From an uncultured Burkholderiaceae bacterium (lineage in GTDB: Bacteria > Pseudomonadota > Gammaproteobacteria > Burkholderiales > Burkholderiaceae_C), in the NCBI GenBank assembly GCA_938022295.1, contig CALIDR010000126.1, positions 1 to 49,739 on the forward strand: 49,739 bases of DNA, read 5' to 3'. A program made the position numbers and the translations under genes. Below the pieces are notes generated by a model. The model saw nothing but the letters and a program-made list of their open reading frames with translations, did not search any database and was not told where the DNA came from. Shown piece by piece: positions 48,314 through 49,739 of this stretch. Each line of letters begins with the position of its first letter. The first letter of the stretch is position 1.

Positions 48314-49426
48314 ATGATTCGCGCTTTCGGCAGCCGCGCCGCCGGCGCGCGGCTCGAGCGCATTGCCGCCTCGCCGCGCTGGGTGAACGGCGCGTTCGGC
48401 AACCTGCACCCGATCGCGCCCGGGCTGCGCGACCCGGCGGTGCCGATGCCGACGCTGACGGAATTCCTCGTCGGCGGCGAGCGCCGCGTGCCGCGCCGCC
48501 CGCTGCCGGCCGTGCACCCCGGCGAGGCCTGGCGCCGCGCACCCGCCAGCGGCCTGCGCGCGACCTGGCTCGGCCACTCGACGGTGCTGCTCGAGATCGA
48601 CGGCCACCGCGTGCTCACCGACCCGGTGTGGGGCGCGCGTGCGTCGCCGTCGCGGCTGCTGGGCCCGAAGCGCTTCCAGCCGGTGCCGGTGCGGCTGGCC
48701 GCGCTGCCGCCGCTGGACGCGGTGCTGATCTCGCACGACCACTACGACCACCTGTGCCACGCCACGGTGCGCGAGCTCGCCAGGCGCGACGTGCCGTTCG
48801 TGACGTCGCTCGGCGTCGGCGCGCACCTCGAAGGCTGGGGCGTGCGGCCCGAGCGCATCGTCGAACTCGACTGGTGGGAGTCGCACCTGCTGCCCGGCGG
48901 CGGGCTGCGCGTGACCGCGGCGCCGGCGCAGCACTTCTCGGGCCGCGGCCTGGCGGACCGCAACGCGACGCTGTGGTCGTCGCTGGTGATCGAGTCGGCG
49001 CGCCACCGCGTCTTCTTCAGCGGCGACACGGGCCTGACCGGGGAGTACGCGTCGATCCAGCGGCACTTCGGCCGCTTCGACCTCGTGATGCTCGAGGTCG
49101 GTGCGTTCTACCCCGGGTGGGGCGACATGCACCTCGGTCCGCACAACGCCCTGAAGGCGCTCGACGCGCTCGGCGACGCGCCGTTCCTGCCGATCCACTT
49201 GGGCACGTTCTGCCTCGCGATGCACCCCTGGGACGAGCCGGCCGAGGTGCTCTACGACGCTGCCGCGAAGCGCCGCCACCCGCTGCTGCTGCCGCGCCTG
49301 GGCGAAGCCGTGGAGCCCGTGCACGCGCCGAAGCCGCAGCCGTGGTGGCGAAGCGTCGACCGCGGCGCCGCGCTGGCCACCGAAGCGCCGACGCTGCCGA
49401 AGGCCGCCCCCTGGCCGATCGATTGA
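48314..49426 (+). CDS. MBL-fold metallohydrolase (NAPE-PLD/RomA-like)
   Basis: WLGHST, LTDPVW, SHDHYDHL, PAQHFSGR, FSGDTG. Confidence 0.88.
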   Translation: MIRAFGSRAAGARLERIAASPRWVNGAFGNLHPIAPGLRDPAVPMPTLTEFLVGGERRVPRRPLPAVHPGEAWRRAPASGLRATWLGHSTVLLEIDGHRVLTDPVWGARASPSRLLGPKRFQPVPVRLAALPPLDAVLISHDHYDHLCHATVRELARRDVPFVTSLGVGAHLEGWGVRPERIVELDWWESHLLPGGGLRVTAAPAQHFSGRGLADRNATLWSSLVIESARHRVFFSGDTGLTGEYASIQRHFGRFDLVMLEVGAFYPGWGDMHLGPHNALKALDALGDAPFLPIHLGTFCLAMHPWDEPAEVLYDAAAKRRHPLLLPRLGEAVEPVHAPKPQPWWRSVDRGAALATEAPTLPKAAPWPID

Positions 49427-49489
49427 TGCGGATTCGCAAGCGGTGCCTAGGAGCAGCGTCTGGTCACGGCCCATCTGCTTCTTCGGGTG

Positions 49490-49739
49490 TTCCCTTTGCG
49501 CCGCCTGCGTAGGTTAGCGCGGCAAAGCGCCGTGCGCGCGGGCGGCGGCGCTTCACCTCGGCGGCCAGCGCTGCGCGCTGGCTGCCCTGCGCTACTCACG
49601 CCCGTGGCCCGGCGCCGAACTCGCTGCGTTCGCCTTCGGCTCACTGCGCTCGGGCAACGGCGCCGAGTTCGATCACGAAGCGCGCTCGCGCGCGCGGCCA
49701 CGGGCGCTGCGGTGCTCGGCGCCTCCGAGGCGCGCCGCC
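49490..49739. repeat. Nested-palindrome intergenic repeat (second repeat family), cut by the window edge
   Basis: GCCCGTGGCC (49600) pairs with GGCCACGGGC (49696); GAACTCG/CGAGTTC; GCCAGCGC-tgc-GCGCTGGC; GGCGGCG..CGC pairs with GCGCGCCGCC. Confidence 0.6.

Overview
Very GC-rich chromosomal window, most consistent with a Burkholderiales betaproteobacterium (Rubrivivax/Caldimonas-like gene order). About 42 CDS were identified. There is a housekeeping backbone (argG, murB, yajQ, folE2, dxs-ispA-xseB, polA, thrB, uvrD, guaC) interleaved with a phosphate-economy neighbourhood (GDPD, ppx, sixA, ppk1, a phytase-like protein, PhoD, PhoX, a GapN-like enzyme). Main finding: the same promoter architecture (GTCAY-like half-sites at an 11-bp period, then exactly 10 bp, then a -10 hexamer, i.e. 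a PHO box) lies upstream of phoX, phoD, the phytase-like gene, and more weakly ppk1 and ppx. It also lies upstream of an uncharacterised operon encoding an MJ1255/VC2487-type glycosyltransferase, a radical SAM/SPASM enzyme and an LplT-like MFS transporter, which is a candidate phosphate-starvation, phosphorus-free glycolipid remodelling system. Also seen: two copies of a ~290-bp structured MITE-like element, a third palindromic repeat at the right edge, a decayed TonB-dependent receptor remnant, a PruR-like pterin sensor paired with a hybrid kinase, an SD-sequestering leader on guaC, FliA and FNR boxes, and many apparently leaderless genes. No rRNA, tRNA, CRISPR array or intact transposase was seen. 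All family assignments come from recalled motifs; no database search was run.
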